Assembly (NCBI GenBank): GCA_951406725.2 | Contig: OX597827.1 | Coordinates: 61,442,001 to 61,506,000 of the forward strand | DNA length: 64,000 nucleotides | Direction: 5' to 3' | Source of the DNA: Octopus vulgaris | Taxonomy: Eukaryota | Part shown: positions 43,385-56,168 of the stretch, in pieces | Numbering within the stretch: position 1 is the stretch's first letter | Layout: every line of letters begins with the position of its first letter | Position numbers and translations under genes: made by a program | The notes under the pieces: model-generated | Seen by the model: only the letters and a program-made list of their open reading frames with translations | Database searches by the model: none | What the model was told of the DNA's origin: nothing

Positions 43385-43760
43385 TAAAATAACCAGCCTG
43401 GGTGGTGTTAATAAGTATGTGGAAAATGAATATGAAAAAAAAAGCTCGCTGATGACCCTGGAGGATGGGGAGGGGACTTTCGGAAAATTCACAAGATCCG
43501 ATTTTTCCGTCATAACTTCCAGTAAAGTGGATATATATTTAGCTTTTTTACAAAATCCCATGTTTCTGGTTATGAAGGATACGATTCTAAAAAAAATTTT
43601 CAAAAAATCGCATTTTCAAAATTTCAATTACACACCCTCACTATTTTTCACTTTTCATGGAAATTTTTTTTTTTTTTTGCAAAATATGTAGAAAAATACG
43701 AAGATTACGATTCTGAAAAAAAATTGGTTTGTAAAATTTAATCTTTCAAAAAAAAATATA
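43385..43760. mobile_element. Non-coding interspersed repeat; inverted diverged partner at 46284-46535
   Basis: Both copies share GGGACTTTCGGAAAATTCACAAGATCCGATTTTTCCGTCATAACTTCC in opposite orientation, and share modules with the CCCTAA-bearing MITEs. Confidence 0.65.
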
Positions 43761-43764
43761 TATA

Positions 43765-45396
43765 TGGATTCCCAGTAATTCTTCTAGAAGTATGTAAGCG
43801 AGTCCTAGCAAGACCACTGCCATCCCTCCTTCAGAGCTTCCTTGCAACTGGCAAACTTCCAAGAAAACTGAAGGAGGGTAAAATATGCCCTATTCATAAA
43901 GGAGGTAGCAGAGCGGAGGCCGAGAACTACAGACCTATCTCTCTGATCTCACATATCAGCAAGGTCATGAAACGAATAGTCAGAAGAAAACTAATTGCCT
44001 TCCTTGGACAAAACGACTTGCTGCCTGACACTCAACATGGTTTCCAACCAGAAAGAAGCTGTCTGACTCAGCTCTTACAACAGTATGACTAGGTGCTGAA
44101 ACAGCTGCTCAACCACTCAAATGTGGAAGTGATATATCTCAACTTTGCAAAGGCCTTTGATAAAGTCGATCATGGAATGATATGTCACAAACTGCGTGAT
44201 CTCGGCATAGTTGGAAAATTGGGAGAATGGCTTCATGACTTTCTGAAGGATAGAAGTCAGGTGGTAGTAGCCAATGAGGCCACCTCCAGTGAATGCAACT
44301 TGTGAGTGGTGTTTCACAAGGCACTGTTTTGGGACCACTACTGTTCATAATGGCCTTCTCGGACATGCCCCCCACCCCAGCCACACAGAGAGCCATGATC
44401 ACAAGTTATGCAGATGATACAAAAGTCTCACTGGTAATACAGAACCCTGAAGACACTATGCACCTGCAATGTGAGCTGGATGGAATATACAAGTGGGCTG
44501 AAAAGAATAGCATGCAGTTTAATGCTGTAAAGTTTCAAGCCTTGTGCTATCAGCATGCAAAACTAAATGCAATACCCAATAAATACACTGGACCGGGAGA
44601 GATTGCAATTCCAGAGGCACAGTCAGTGCTAGACCTGGGCATTTACATGAGTGATGATGCATCCTTTCATGTGCATGTTGCGAAATTGGCAATGAAATGC
44701 TGACCGGATGGATTCTTAGAACTTTTAGAACAAGAGACCAGGAAACCATGATGGTCCTCTGGAGGACACTTGTCCTAAGCCACTTTGACTATTGCTCTCA
44801 GCTATGGTCACCAGTGACATTAATCTCAGAACTTGAGGCAATCCAATGAAGCTACACGAAGAAGATAGCCTCTATGCAGCATATAAGCTATTGGGAAAGA
44901 CTCAAGAGATTAAGACTATTCCTTAGAGTGTAGGCGAGAAAGATATGCCATAATATACATCTGGAAGATCCTAGAAGGACTTGTCCCAAACTTTGGCATC
45001 GAGATTTACACAAATACTAGAACTGGGCACCACTGCATAGTGCTAAGGACTCCAAATTTGCCATCAAGATGTAGGACAAGATACTGCAATAGCCTGGGCT
45101 TCAGAGGTCCACAGCTCTTTAATATCCTCCCAAAGGACCTGAGAGACCTGCATGGAGTAGATGTAGGTGTCTTCAAAATAAAGCTGGACCTCTTCCTGTT
45201 AGGTGTCCCAGATGAACTAACTTCATGGCAGGAGGTGCAGATGAAGGTAGCTGCATCAAACTCTTTCATGCACCAAATGTCAATCCCTAAAAAGCATTTG
45301 TGAAGTAAAATTATGTAGCAACACCAAATGGTGGTGCTCCAGCATGGCCACAGCTCATGAGCTGAAACTAGATAAAGTAAAATAAAATAAAATAAA
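43765..45396 (+). mobile_element. 5'-truncated CR1/L2-group LINE (RT to 3' tail), antisense in the putative ITIH 5'-UTR intron
   Basis: PIHKGGS...ENYRPISLISHISK...QHGF...SCLTQL, YLNFAKAFDKVDH, SGVSQGTVLGPLLF, YADDTK. Stops and frameshifts; tail GGTGCTCCAGCATGGCCACAG...GAAAC-(TAAAA)n. Confidence 0.93.
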
Positions 45397-45578
45397 TAGG
45401 AGTGGTTGTGTGGTAAGTAGCTTGCTTACGAACCACATGGTTCCGGGTTCAGTCCCACTGCGTGGCACCTTGAGCAGGTGTCTTGTACTATAGCCTCAGG
45501 CAGACCAAAGCCTTGTGAGTGGATTTGGTAGACGGAAACTGAAGGAACCCCGTCGTTATATATGTATATATATATATG

Positions 45579-45642
<64 letters not shown>

Positions 45643-45857
45643 GCGTATATATTTGTGTGTCTGCGTTTGTCCCCCCAACATCGCTTGACAACCGATGCTG
45701 GTGTGTTTACATCCCCGTAACTTAGCGGTTCGGCAAAAGAGACAGCTAGAATAAGTACTAGGCATACAAAGAATAAGTCCTGGAGTCGATTTGCTCAACT
45801 AAAAGTCGGTGCTCCAGCATGCCCACAGTCAAATGACTGAAACAAGTAAAAGAGAGT
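45397..45857 (+). mobile_element. SINE family 1 copy abutting the LINE tail
   Basis: Full head, internal microsatellite and tail. Confidence 0.88.
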
Positions 45858-46751
45858 ATATATATACCCTCAGGCCTTCAAGCAGGCTATCCATATGCTA
45901 GAAATAACAGCCAAATCTCACAAAACAGCAATAACATATTGCAATCAATCTACTCACCTTTCTGAAAAGGTTTCTTTCAGAGTAATTTCCCACAGTAATA
46001 TGACAAAGTATTCATGTGAAATTAAAGTAGTCTTTTTTTTCAAATTTTCTTTTTTAAACTTTTTTTAAAACTTTTTCCGAATTTTTTTCCCCATCAATCT
46101 ACGTGGAAAAACGCGGAGATTAAAAATACGGAAAAAAATTAAAACAAATTCAAATATTAATTTCAAATTTTTTATGAAAAACTCCGACCCCAAATCCCCC
46201 CAGCCATCCCGCTGTTTTCACTGTTTTTGTATACGTTCTAGTAAAAGGCATGTGGGTAACTGAAATTCTAGTAAAAGGCCTGGGGTAATTGAAATTTTGA
46301 AAATGCGACTATTTGAAAATTTTTTTTCCAGCATCGGATCCTCCATAACTAAAAACGTAGGATTCAGTAAAAAAAATCAATATATATCCATTTACCGGAA
46401 GTTATGACGGAAAAATCGGATCTTGTGAATTTTCCGAAAGTCCCTTCCGCACCCCCAGGGTCGACAGCGCGCATTTTTTTTTTTTTTTCGTATTCGTTTT
46501 CCATATACTTAACACCCCTCAGGCTGGTTAATTTTTCTTTTCTCCGGGAGTATTGTGTGTGTTTGTGCGCGCGTGATTCCGTTTTTTCCTCGCTGGAGGT
46601 GTCATTATAAATGCTACATTATTCGGATCTTTACCTTTTGATCGACAGATTTTTAAAATAATTTTTTTGTAACTAAACAAGATCGCCCAAGATCCTATTC
46701 TTCAACGCGTTAGATCTTCATGTTAGAGAGCAGGATGTAATTTGATGGAGA

Positions 46752-47135
46752 TGTGGCAGTGTGGTAAGTAGCTTGCTTACCAACCACATAGTTCCGGGTT
46801 CAGTCCCACTGCGTGGCACTTTGGGCAAGTGTCTTCTACTATAGCCTCGAGCCTACCAAAAGCCTTGTGAGTGGATTTGGTAGACGGAAACTGAAAGCAG
46901 CCCGTCATATATATATGTGTGTGTGTGTGTGTGTCTGCGTTTGTCCCCCCCCAAACATCGCTTGACATCCGATGCTGGTGTGTTTGTGTCCCCGTAACTT
47001 AGCGGTTCGGCAAAAGAGACCGATAGAATAAGTACTAGGCTTACAAAGAATAAGTCCTGGGGGTCGCTTTGCTCGACTAAAGGTGGTGCTCCAGCATGGC
47101 CGCAGTCAAATGACAGAAACAAGTAAAAGAGTAAA
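46752..47135 (+). mobile_element. SINE family 1 copy flanked by a long direct duplication
   Basis: Flanks 46688-46751 and 47136-47206 are near-identical. Confidence 0.88.
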
Positions 47136-47989
47136 CAAGATCCTGTTCTTCAACGCGTTAGATCTTCATGTTAGAGAGCATGTTAGAGTATGTGATTTGA
47201 TGGAGACTTATTTGTTGGGTTGATATTACATTATATCTTTGGCAATTGGGTTGATATTACATTATATCTTTGGCAATTAGTTCTCAAATTACCAATTGTT
47301 AATTTGCTATTATGAGACTGCAACTGCATTATTTATATATCTTACATGCACACACACACACACTCACTGTATTATTAATATCGACACACGACACGCACAG
47401 AAGTTCGTTATGGATAACAGAATAGATAAAACTCGATACATGAATATATATATATCTTTTATTTTTAATCAGTGGGCGTTACAAAGTGACTCGTGGGCCG
47501 AGAGTTTCGTTCATGCTTAGCCTTTGAGTCTCTTTGTAACTCTGTTAATTAAGAATAATAAAATATATAAATAGATTTCAATTACGCATTTTTCTTTCCT
47601 TTTTTGCTATACAAACAAAACATTTTCTTCATTTCAATAATTATGAGAAAGTATTTCAGTGACAATGACGCAGTAACATGCGTATTGTTGTTATCGAATA
47701 TTTGAAAGTTGTTTTGCCAGTCATATCGAAACATCGACATATCATTATTATTTGTAAACAATACGGATCTGGTATTATTGATTTATATTTTGGATTTGAT
47801 CTTCCCCCAATTTTTTTTTTCTGTGGTCACCAGACACTTGTACTAAAGCAATAACTTGTAAAGTGCAAGTGATACGTTTTACTAAGGAATCACGCGCGCA
47901 CAAACACACACACACACATTCTTACAAACATATATATATACACACACTTACATTCTTACATATATACACTCATACACACACATATCTGT

Positions 47990-48039
<50 letters not shown>

Positions 48040-48142
48040 AAACACGCTATTTTTCTTTTGTTTTTTTTTTGCTCGGGTATGTATGCATGTATGTATGTAT
48101 GTATGTATATGTGTGTGTGTGTGTGTATAAAGCACACGCAGG

Positions 48143-48190
<48 letters not shown>

Positions 48191-48221
48191 TGGTATGTAT
48201 GTTTATAAAACACACACAGAA

Positions 48222-48267
<46 letters not shown>

Positions 48268-48344
48268 TATAATAATATAGTCACATTCGAACGTGGATCT
48301 GCATGTTTGAAAGATTGTTATCAAGCTATTACGTTTTACCTTAC

Positions 48345-48379
48345 CTTGAATCTTCCCCAATCTCTTTTGGCTGCTGTGG

Positions 48380-48420
<41 letters not shown>

Positions 48421-48443
48421 CTCTCTCTCACACACACTCTCTC

Positions 48444-48488
<45 letters not shown>

Positions 48489-48870
48489 TTCTCTTTGCAG
48501 TGGTTCTTCTCTTCCCGCACGCCGCCACCAAACCATTACCATAAACATACAAACATACAAGTAAGCGAAGGGAGATTACTCTGATCATCAGTGTAACATG
48601 ACGTCATATACTACAAGCCCAACCCATGACACCAGCACTCAAGTTTTATAGACTAACAGGCGTCACCAAACTTTATAGACTACCCTGCACGTGCGCACAC
48701 ACGAGGGTAACGCCTCTTAGAATACTGGTCTCTATTTTCAACCTTCCTTCCTCAGTCATTACAGGCATTTCCTTCATTGCATGACGTCAAATAAATATAT
48801 AAACACTCATTGACAATTAGCATAGTTGACGATTAAAAATGTGTATCAGCGAGTTGTGTTTTATATATTC
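48345..48870 (-). promoter_or_regulatory. Candidate regulatory region / alternative 5' exon
   Basis: Two perfect CRE sites TGACGTCA (48599-48606, 48782-48789), TATA-like TATATAAA on both strands (about 48796 plus, about 48865 minus), and a minus-strand donor CAAG|GTAAGG at 48345/48344. Confidence 0.3.
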
Positions 48871-49221
48871 CTTACACGGATATCAGCATTGGACCCCCCA
48901 AAAGTTCAATAGAGATCCTGGCGTTTATCAACCCCTTTTTTGATACCCAGGCATTTATCGACCCCTTGAAGAGTCCTTTAGACCTCCCCCACTCCAAAGG
49001 GAGTCCAGGATGTTGACGGTCGCTGTGAACGAGGTTGGAGACCCTTGCATTAAATCATTCCTTACCAAATGGAAGTAGACATTGAACAAGGTACAGTAGT
49101 TTCAGATGATATAGAGACAAAAGGCTGGAGTTTCAGAATAACGAACATTATCTCACTGGGAAGGAAAAAATCATAGAACTGAGTCAAGGGTGGGGGGTGC
49201 ATACATAAAAATATTTAATTT

Positions 49222-49621
49222 ATAGGCGCAGGAGTGGCTGTGTGGTAAGTAGCTTGCTAACCAACCCGGGTTCAGTCCCACTGCGTGGCATCTTGGGAAA
49301 GTGTCTTCTGCTATAGCCCCGGGCCGACCAATGCCTTCTGAGTGGATTTGGTAGATGGAAACTGAAAGAATCCTGTCGTATATATGTATATATATATATG
49401 TATGTGTGTGTTTGTGTGTCTGTGTTTGTCCCCCTAGCATTGCTTGACAACCGATGCTGGTGTGTTTACGTCCCCGTCACTTAGCGGTTCGGCAAAAGAG
49501 ACTGATAGAATAAGTACTGGGCTTACAAAGAATAAGTCCCGGGGTCGATTTGCTCGACTAAAGGCGGTGCTCCAGCAGGGCCGCAGTCAAATGACCGAAA
49601 CAAATAAAAGAGTAAAAGAGT
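49222..49621 (+). mobile_element. SINE family 1, near full length
   Basis: Starts ATAGGCGCAGGAGTGGCTGTGTGG and ends (AAAAGAGT)n. Confidence 0.9.
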
Positions 49622-50083
49622 ATTGGAAAAAAAATTCTTTCAAAATCATTATTTCCGTTATACACAGGGATACAAAAATTAAAAAAGATAGGAATACTAT
49701 AAAAAAAAGGGGGGGGACCTCTCAATTTCTTGCCCCTTTTCTTCCCCAATAAATTAGTAATGGTTCCCAAGTCGTAGAGACCTCCAGGGTCAATTTCCTG
49801 GATTTTCTGGCATATATACTCTGCGTTTTTTTCATTCTTTTGTTCGCCAGCTGAGTAGACTGGAGTAATGTGAAATAAACTGTTTTGTTCAGGAACAAAA
49901 CGAGTCGCCCAGTCCAGGAATCGAAACCGCAATCCACAAATCCAACATTCTTAACCACTAAACCATGCGCCTTAAGACAGTTATAGCTATTCCAAAACAC
50001 AATGGACAAGCAGTTATGACTAGAACTCTTAGAGTAAAAGCGTTGGAATACAATAAAAAAGAAGTTTTAAAGAATTCTTAAAT

Positions 50084-50485
50084 ATAGGCGCAGGAGTGGC
50101 TGTGTGGTAAGTAGCTTGTTTACCAACCACATGGCTCCGGGTTCAGTCCCACTGCGTGGCACCTTGGGCAAGTGTCTTCTACTATAGCCCCGGGCCGACC
50201 AAAGCCTTGTGAGTGGATTTGGTAGACGGAAACTGAAACAAGCCCGTCGTATATATGTATATATATGTGTGTGTGTGTCTGTGTTTATCCCCCTAGCATT
50301 GCTTGACAACCGATGCTGGTGTGTTTATGTCCCCGTTACTTAGCGGTTCGGCAAAAAGAGACCGATAGAATAAGTACTGGGCTTACAAAAGAATAAATCC
50401 CGGGGTCGAGTTGCTCGATTAAAGGCGGTGCTCCAGCATGGCCGCAGTCAAATGACTGAAACAAGTAAAAGAGTAAAAGAGAGTA
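50084..50485 (+). mobile_element. SINE family 1, full length
   Basis: Starts ATAGGCGCAGGAGTGGCTGTGTGG and ends (AAAAGAGT)n. Confidence 0.9.
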
Positions 50486-51619
50486 ACAACTATTAAAATA
50501 TTACATTCGAATAGTGAAATTATGCATTTAGTTTTTAATATTGAATATTTATAATTTTCTCATATTTAAGCATTGCTGTGTACAAGAAAGTTTGCCTCAC
50601 AACCATTTGGTTCCTGGTACAGTCCTACAGCATGGCACCTTGGCAAGTGTCATTCACTATAGGCCCCCAGGTCAACCCAAGCCTTGTGATGGATTTGGTA
50701 GGCAGAAACTGAAAGAAGCCGGTCATATGTGTGCATTGTAGTCTTGAGCAAAACACTTTCTTTCACATTGCTCCATTCCACCCTGCGACGGAAAGCAATC
50801 CAGCTTGGGGGGGTAAGGGGATAATGCGCTCTTGGTCTCTTATACACCGGGTAACTGACCCACCTCTATGTACCCTGGGACATGAGACAGTAACGTCCAG
50901 GGTACTCATATTAGCTTATTCATAGGTACGGGCATGTGGCAAGAAGTACCAAACCTCCAAAATAAATACTGGGATTGATCTGCTCAATTAAACCTTTCAA
51001 TGTGGTACCCCAGCATGGCCGCAGTCCAATGACTGAAACAAGTAAACACAACCAATATATTGACTTTGATTTTCTTTAAGCTTAAAAACTGTTAAACTTC
51101 AGTATTTGAAAACAGCGATTTTTTTTCCTCCCTTTCTAGTGTTATTTATTAATCCATTTATTTGTGATGTACTACATCCAGTCATTCCCCGATCTTAAAA
51201 GAAATGCCAAGCTAAGAAGTTTAAACAAATCATCGTTTTGTGACATATGCAATTCCCTCGTTCTAATATACAAGAGTCAGAGTATGTTCTTAAGCAACAA
51301 TTTTGTTGTAATAACCTCACCGATCTTCATAGAGAAATGCCAAACATTGTCCAATAATAATAATAATAATAATAATAATGACAATGACAACAACAGTGAT
51401 GACGATGTTGATGATGATGATGGTGATGATGATGATGGTGATGATGATCATGATGATGATGATGACGATTTAGTATCCAATAGTTGGTGTGATCTATTGG
51501 TTTCCGGCAATTTTAAATGTTGAAGAAGCCAAGACACTTAACCAGCAATCAATGATACCGACCGACATTTAATCCAACATCACGGCCCAGCCACTACAAT
51601 ATTTGTGTGTGTGTTTGTG

Positions 51620-51655
<36 letters not shown>

Positions 51656-52470
51656 CACACACACACACCACACACACACACGTGTGTGTATGTGTATATA
51701 TATAAGTCAGGACGCCATCATAGATCGTTAGCTACTACACGCATTTTTTTCTCTCTTTGTTTCTCTCCTTGTTTCTTTCTGTGTATCTTTCTGTAGAAGA
51801 GCATAGGCTCGAAACATAAAATACTTTTTCTATTCCTGAGCGCTATATAATACATTTGTTTGTTTGTACTCCTCCTGTCTTCGTCTTTTATTTATTTTCG
51901 TAAACTTTCCCTTTATATATACACATACACACACACACCACACACACATACACAAACACACACACACACAAACATACATATTGGTCTGTCCAAGGCTATA
52001 GCAGAAGACACGTGCTCAGGGTGCCATGCGGTGGGAGCGAACCCAGGATGCACATATTTTTTTCTACTCTAGACACAAGGTCCGAAATTTTTAGGGAGGA
52101 GGCCGGTCGATTAGATCGACACCAGAACGCAACTGGTACTTAATTTATCAACCCCGAAAGGATGAAAGGCAAAGTTGACCTCGACAGAATTTGAACTCAG
52201 AACGTAGCGGCAGACGAAATACCGCTAAGCATTTCGCCCGACGTGCTTAATGTTTCTTGTTCCTTTACTACCCACAAGTGGCTAAACACAGAGGGGACAA
52301 ACAAGGACAGACAAACGGATTTAGTCGATTATATAGACTCCAGTGCGTAACTGGTACTTAATTTATCGAACCCGAAAAGATGAAAGGCAAAGACGACCTC
52401 GGCGGAATTCTGCCAGCTCACCGCCTTTAGAGATGCGCATATTGTCAGCCACAGAGGTACATGTTCAACT

Positions 52471-52853
52471 GTGGAGGCGCAATGGCCCAGTGGTTAGGGC
52501 AGCGGATTCGCGGTCGTAGGATCGCGGTTTCGATTCCCAGACTGGGCGTTGTGAGTGTTTATTGAGCGAAAACACCTAAAGCTCCACGAGGCTCCGGCAG
52601 GGGATGGTGATGATCCCTGCTGTACTCTTTCACCACAACTTTCTCTCACTCTTACTTCCTGTTTCTGTTGTACCTGTATTTCAAAGGGCCGGCCTTGTCA
52701 CTCTCTGTGTCACGCTGAATATCCCCGAGAACTACGTTAAGTGTACACGTGTCTGTGGAGTACTCAGCCACTTACACGTTAATTTCACGAGCAGGCTGTT
52801 CCGTTGATCGGATCAACCGGAACCCTCGTCGTCGTAACCGACGGAGTGCTTCC
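52471..52853 (+). mobile_element. SINE family 3 copy
   Basis: tRNA-like head GGAGGCGCAATGGCCCAGTGGTTAGGGCAGCGG...GGTTTCGATTCCC. Confidence 0.85.
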
Positions 52854-53109
52854 CATGTTCAACTGATTGAGCTCAAACAGGTGACAAGCAAATCTGTAGT
52901 ATTGAGCAGAATAATTGCTGTAGCAGATCTTTTATACAAAGATAAAACAATGTACATGATAACACTTCCAATCAGTTAAGATCAAAGGCCATGCCCTCGT
53001 CCTGTGTCCGAGTATTGCTGACCTGTGGGTTTATGTCGAACACCTTCTGTCGCGTGTAGGACAGATCTTTTCAACTTCAATAAAATACTATATACATTAA
53101 ATTATGTGT

Positions 53110-53442
53110 GAAGGTGCATGGCTCAGTGTTTAGAGCGACGATCTTACGACCGTGAGGTTGTGAGTTCGAATATCGGATCGGGCTGCATGTTGTGTTCTTG
53201 AGCAAGACACTTTATTTCAGGTTGCTCCAGTTCACTCAGCTGTAGAAATGAGTTGCGACGTCACTGATGCCAAGCTGTATCGGCCCCTTTGCCTTTCCCT
53301 TGGATAACATCGGTGGCGTGGAGAGGAGCGGCTGGTATCCATGGGCGACTGCTAGTCTTCCATAAACAACCTTGCCCGGACTTGTGCCTAGGAGGGTAAC
53401 TTCCTAGGTGCAATCCCATGGTCATTCGTGACCGAAGGAGGT
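53110..53442 (+). mobile_element. SINE family 4, uninterrupted copy
   Basis: Collinear with 12731-12840 plus 13267-13497. Confidence 0.85.
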
Positions 53443-53454
53443 CGCCGACATTAA

Positions 53455-53539
<85 letters not shown>

Positions 53540-53895
53540 TTATAAAATGAGATAGGGGTTGAAAATTCAACCCACCATGGGATAATATATATCCAATATA
53601 CTGCTAGATAGGTACCCAACAAGACTAATACATAGATGTTAAAAATTGCCAAACAATCAGTTCATCTATTGTATTATATGGGTAAAGGTAATAATATTAC
53701 CGTAAATTAATACTACAAAATTAGAGAATGGGGAAACATACTTAAATCAATAAAACATCCACTATCAGATGATACCCAATCAATACTTTAATACACCATT
53801 ACATATCAGTAAAGGCATTATACAAAATATACAGTAAGAGTAAATAGACAAAGAGATATAAGTATAAAATTTCAAATATAATATGTAATTAAATC

Positions 53896-54011
53896 AAATC
53901 TGACAGCTGTTTCGGCAGTGAGGGCAGTCATACCTCATTTAACCTATAAGCCATAAAGGCAGGTATAAATGAGGCATTAACAAGGATGCCCCACGGCCTC
54001 TTCAGAGAATT
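53896..54011 (-). ncRNA. Inverted copy of the 54693-54808 hammerhead
   Basis: Reverse complement of 54693-54808, within the left arm of the 53711-54994 inverted repeat. Confidence 0.75.
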
Positions 54012-54692
54012 AAATTTGTTATAATTGTGAAAAAGATTATTTAACCATATACATATAAATATAAAAATATAAAAATGTAAAATATAAAAACTTATACATA
54101 AACTTCATAATGCTACACTTATATAATATAATACTCATTGGTACAATAATGGAAGGTAAACAGAACAAAATAAAACAAAATATATATCAGTGTATATATT
54201 AATATTAATAAGCACCGATATTATACATATTTGGCTAATAGTTTTTAAAAAAACTAACACATAGGGAGATGAAAAATAATAATTAAAACCATGGTTCAGT
54301 TCATAAAATTATAAAGCTATAAAAGTTAATAAAAATTACTATTAATATTAATAATAATAATAATAATAGATACAGTTATGTTTGCACCAAGTCCATCCTT
54401 TCAAGATCGAAATAACTATGAGTTTAGAAATACTGACCACTAGGTAATGATAATTTAGATTAATTCGATTGGCTATTGGTTTGAAATTTAAATCACAAAA
54501 GAAATTATACGGTTGGTTAGTCAAGGAACGCCAATATTCACACGCGCATCTACAGATCAATCGCACATACACACATAATTATATAGTGTAGCATTATGAA
54601 GTTTATGTATAAGTTTTTATATTTTACATTTTTATATTTTTATATTTATATGTATATGGTTAAATAATCTTTTTCACAATTATAACAAATTT

Positions 54693-54808
54693 AATTCTCT
54701 GAAGAGGCCGTGGGGCATCCTTGTTAATGCCTCATTTATACCTGCCTTTATGGCTTATAGGTTAAATGAGGTATGACTGCCCTCACTGCCGAAACAGCTG
54801 TCAGATTT
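54693..54808 (+). ncRNA. Type I hammerhead ribozyme with extended helix II in a PLE-type inverted repeat
   Basis: TCT-CTGAAGA-GGC...(long paired insert)...GCC-GAAAC-AGCT-GTC-AGA. Palindromic helix III (ACAGCTGT) and GUC triplet. Confidence 0.75.
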
Positions 54809-54990
54809 GATTTAATTACATATTATATTTGAAATTTTATACTTATATCTCTTTGTCTATTTACTCTTACTGTATATTTTGTATAATGCCTTTACTGATA
54901 TGTAATGGTGTATTAAAGTATTGATTGGGTATCATCTGATAGTGGATGTTTTATTGATTTAAGTATGTTTCTCCATTCTCTAATTTTGTA

Positions 54991-55048
<58 letters not shown>

Positions 55049-55315
55049 CAATAATATTGTTTGTTTTTTTTAATATCGTAAATGTGTTTATCAGGAGCAA
55101 ATATTGAAAAACTTCAATACATGTCAAAATTACAAAGAAACGAGGAAGGAGGTCGTAGGACGTGCTAGAAACAACAGCCAAATCTCCCGTAAATCTTTTT
55201 ATCTGAAAATATTTACAAATTAAATTTTTTTTTTATCCAAAAGTCTTCTATGGTTTTTAAGTGTGTAGTGCAAAAGAAAATCGTCCAAAGACGGTCCGAA
55301 GTGTGGGTTTCTTAC

Positions 55316-55460
55316 CTTTAAAAAGAGCTTCTTATCTTACAGTAGTAGCTTAGTGACAAGATTAGTTGCTTAATTCACAGCTGGTTTCCGACTCGGCAAC
55401 CCGGTAGTGAGAGTGTTGAAAAAATAGGTGAACCGAGAAATTGTTCAATGGCGGAAATGA
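55316..55460 (-). promoter_or_regulatory. Candidate TSS / non-coding first exon on the minus strand
   Basis: Non-repetitive, locally CpG-richer segment. Minus strand begins TCATTTCCGCCATT (Inr-like plus YY1/ETS-like motif) and ends at the donor AAAG|GTAAGA (intron starts at 55315). Confidence 0.4.
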
Positions 55461-55773
55461 TATCACTTAGTGATGTAACAACGCCGATCATTCCTCCAGC
55501 AAATATACATTTATATCAAAACCCAGACTCGGTGAAAGAGAACAGGAATATGACAAAGTTTATAACCCTTTCTACCGTAATTTATAAGTTTATAATCCTT
55601 TCTACTGAAATGATTCCCAAGTTAGAGCATACACCCCACCGGTGGTACATGGTGCCGTAGTCGTCAGACACAAGATTCTCATTAAAGCGATTCACTTTTT
55701 TTCATAGAATATACTTTTTTTGTACTCAGTGCTTCATGAAAGGATTACGGTTAGATTCTTTTATTTCATTAAA

Positions 55774-56168
55774 TCTCTATATATATAAAGCTGAAGTTGT
55801 GCTGTGTATGGCAGGTTTGGTAGCCTTCAACTAATAATATCTCCTCCGAGACCCTGCGGCGCAAGTTGACCAAAATTGAGAGTATGACAGAAGAAGGCTT
55901 GCTCTTTCTTCCGTAAGAAGAAAAAATTCAAATCGGACCATGTTAACACCAAAAATTATTTACATCAAAAAGGTGCTTTTTTTCTATGAAAATCCCTTTT
56001 TTTTTTCGATTTTCTTGCTGCTGTGTCGCCATTTTTCAGTGTATTTCAACCAGAAAAATATTCACTTAAAGAGAATAACAAGCTACATAATGCAAAATTT
56101 TTACTTTTCAAAAATTCCAATTCTAAAGGGTCGAAACAAACCCGAGCAACGCCGGACGATACTGCTAG
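55774..56168 (+). mobile_element. Non-autonomous Helitron
   Basis: A|TCTCTATATATATAAA 5' end; 3' CCCGAGCAACGCCGG hairpin then CTAG|T; no TSD. Confidence 0.85.

Larger units (their letters stand above)
53711..54994. mobile_element. Penelope-type inverted pseudo-LTR pair (about 415-bp arms) between (TA)n tracts
   Basis: 53711-54126 is almost exactly the reverse complement of 54579-54994, and each arm carries a hammerhead. Confidence 0.85.
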
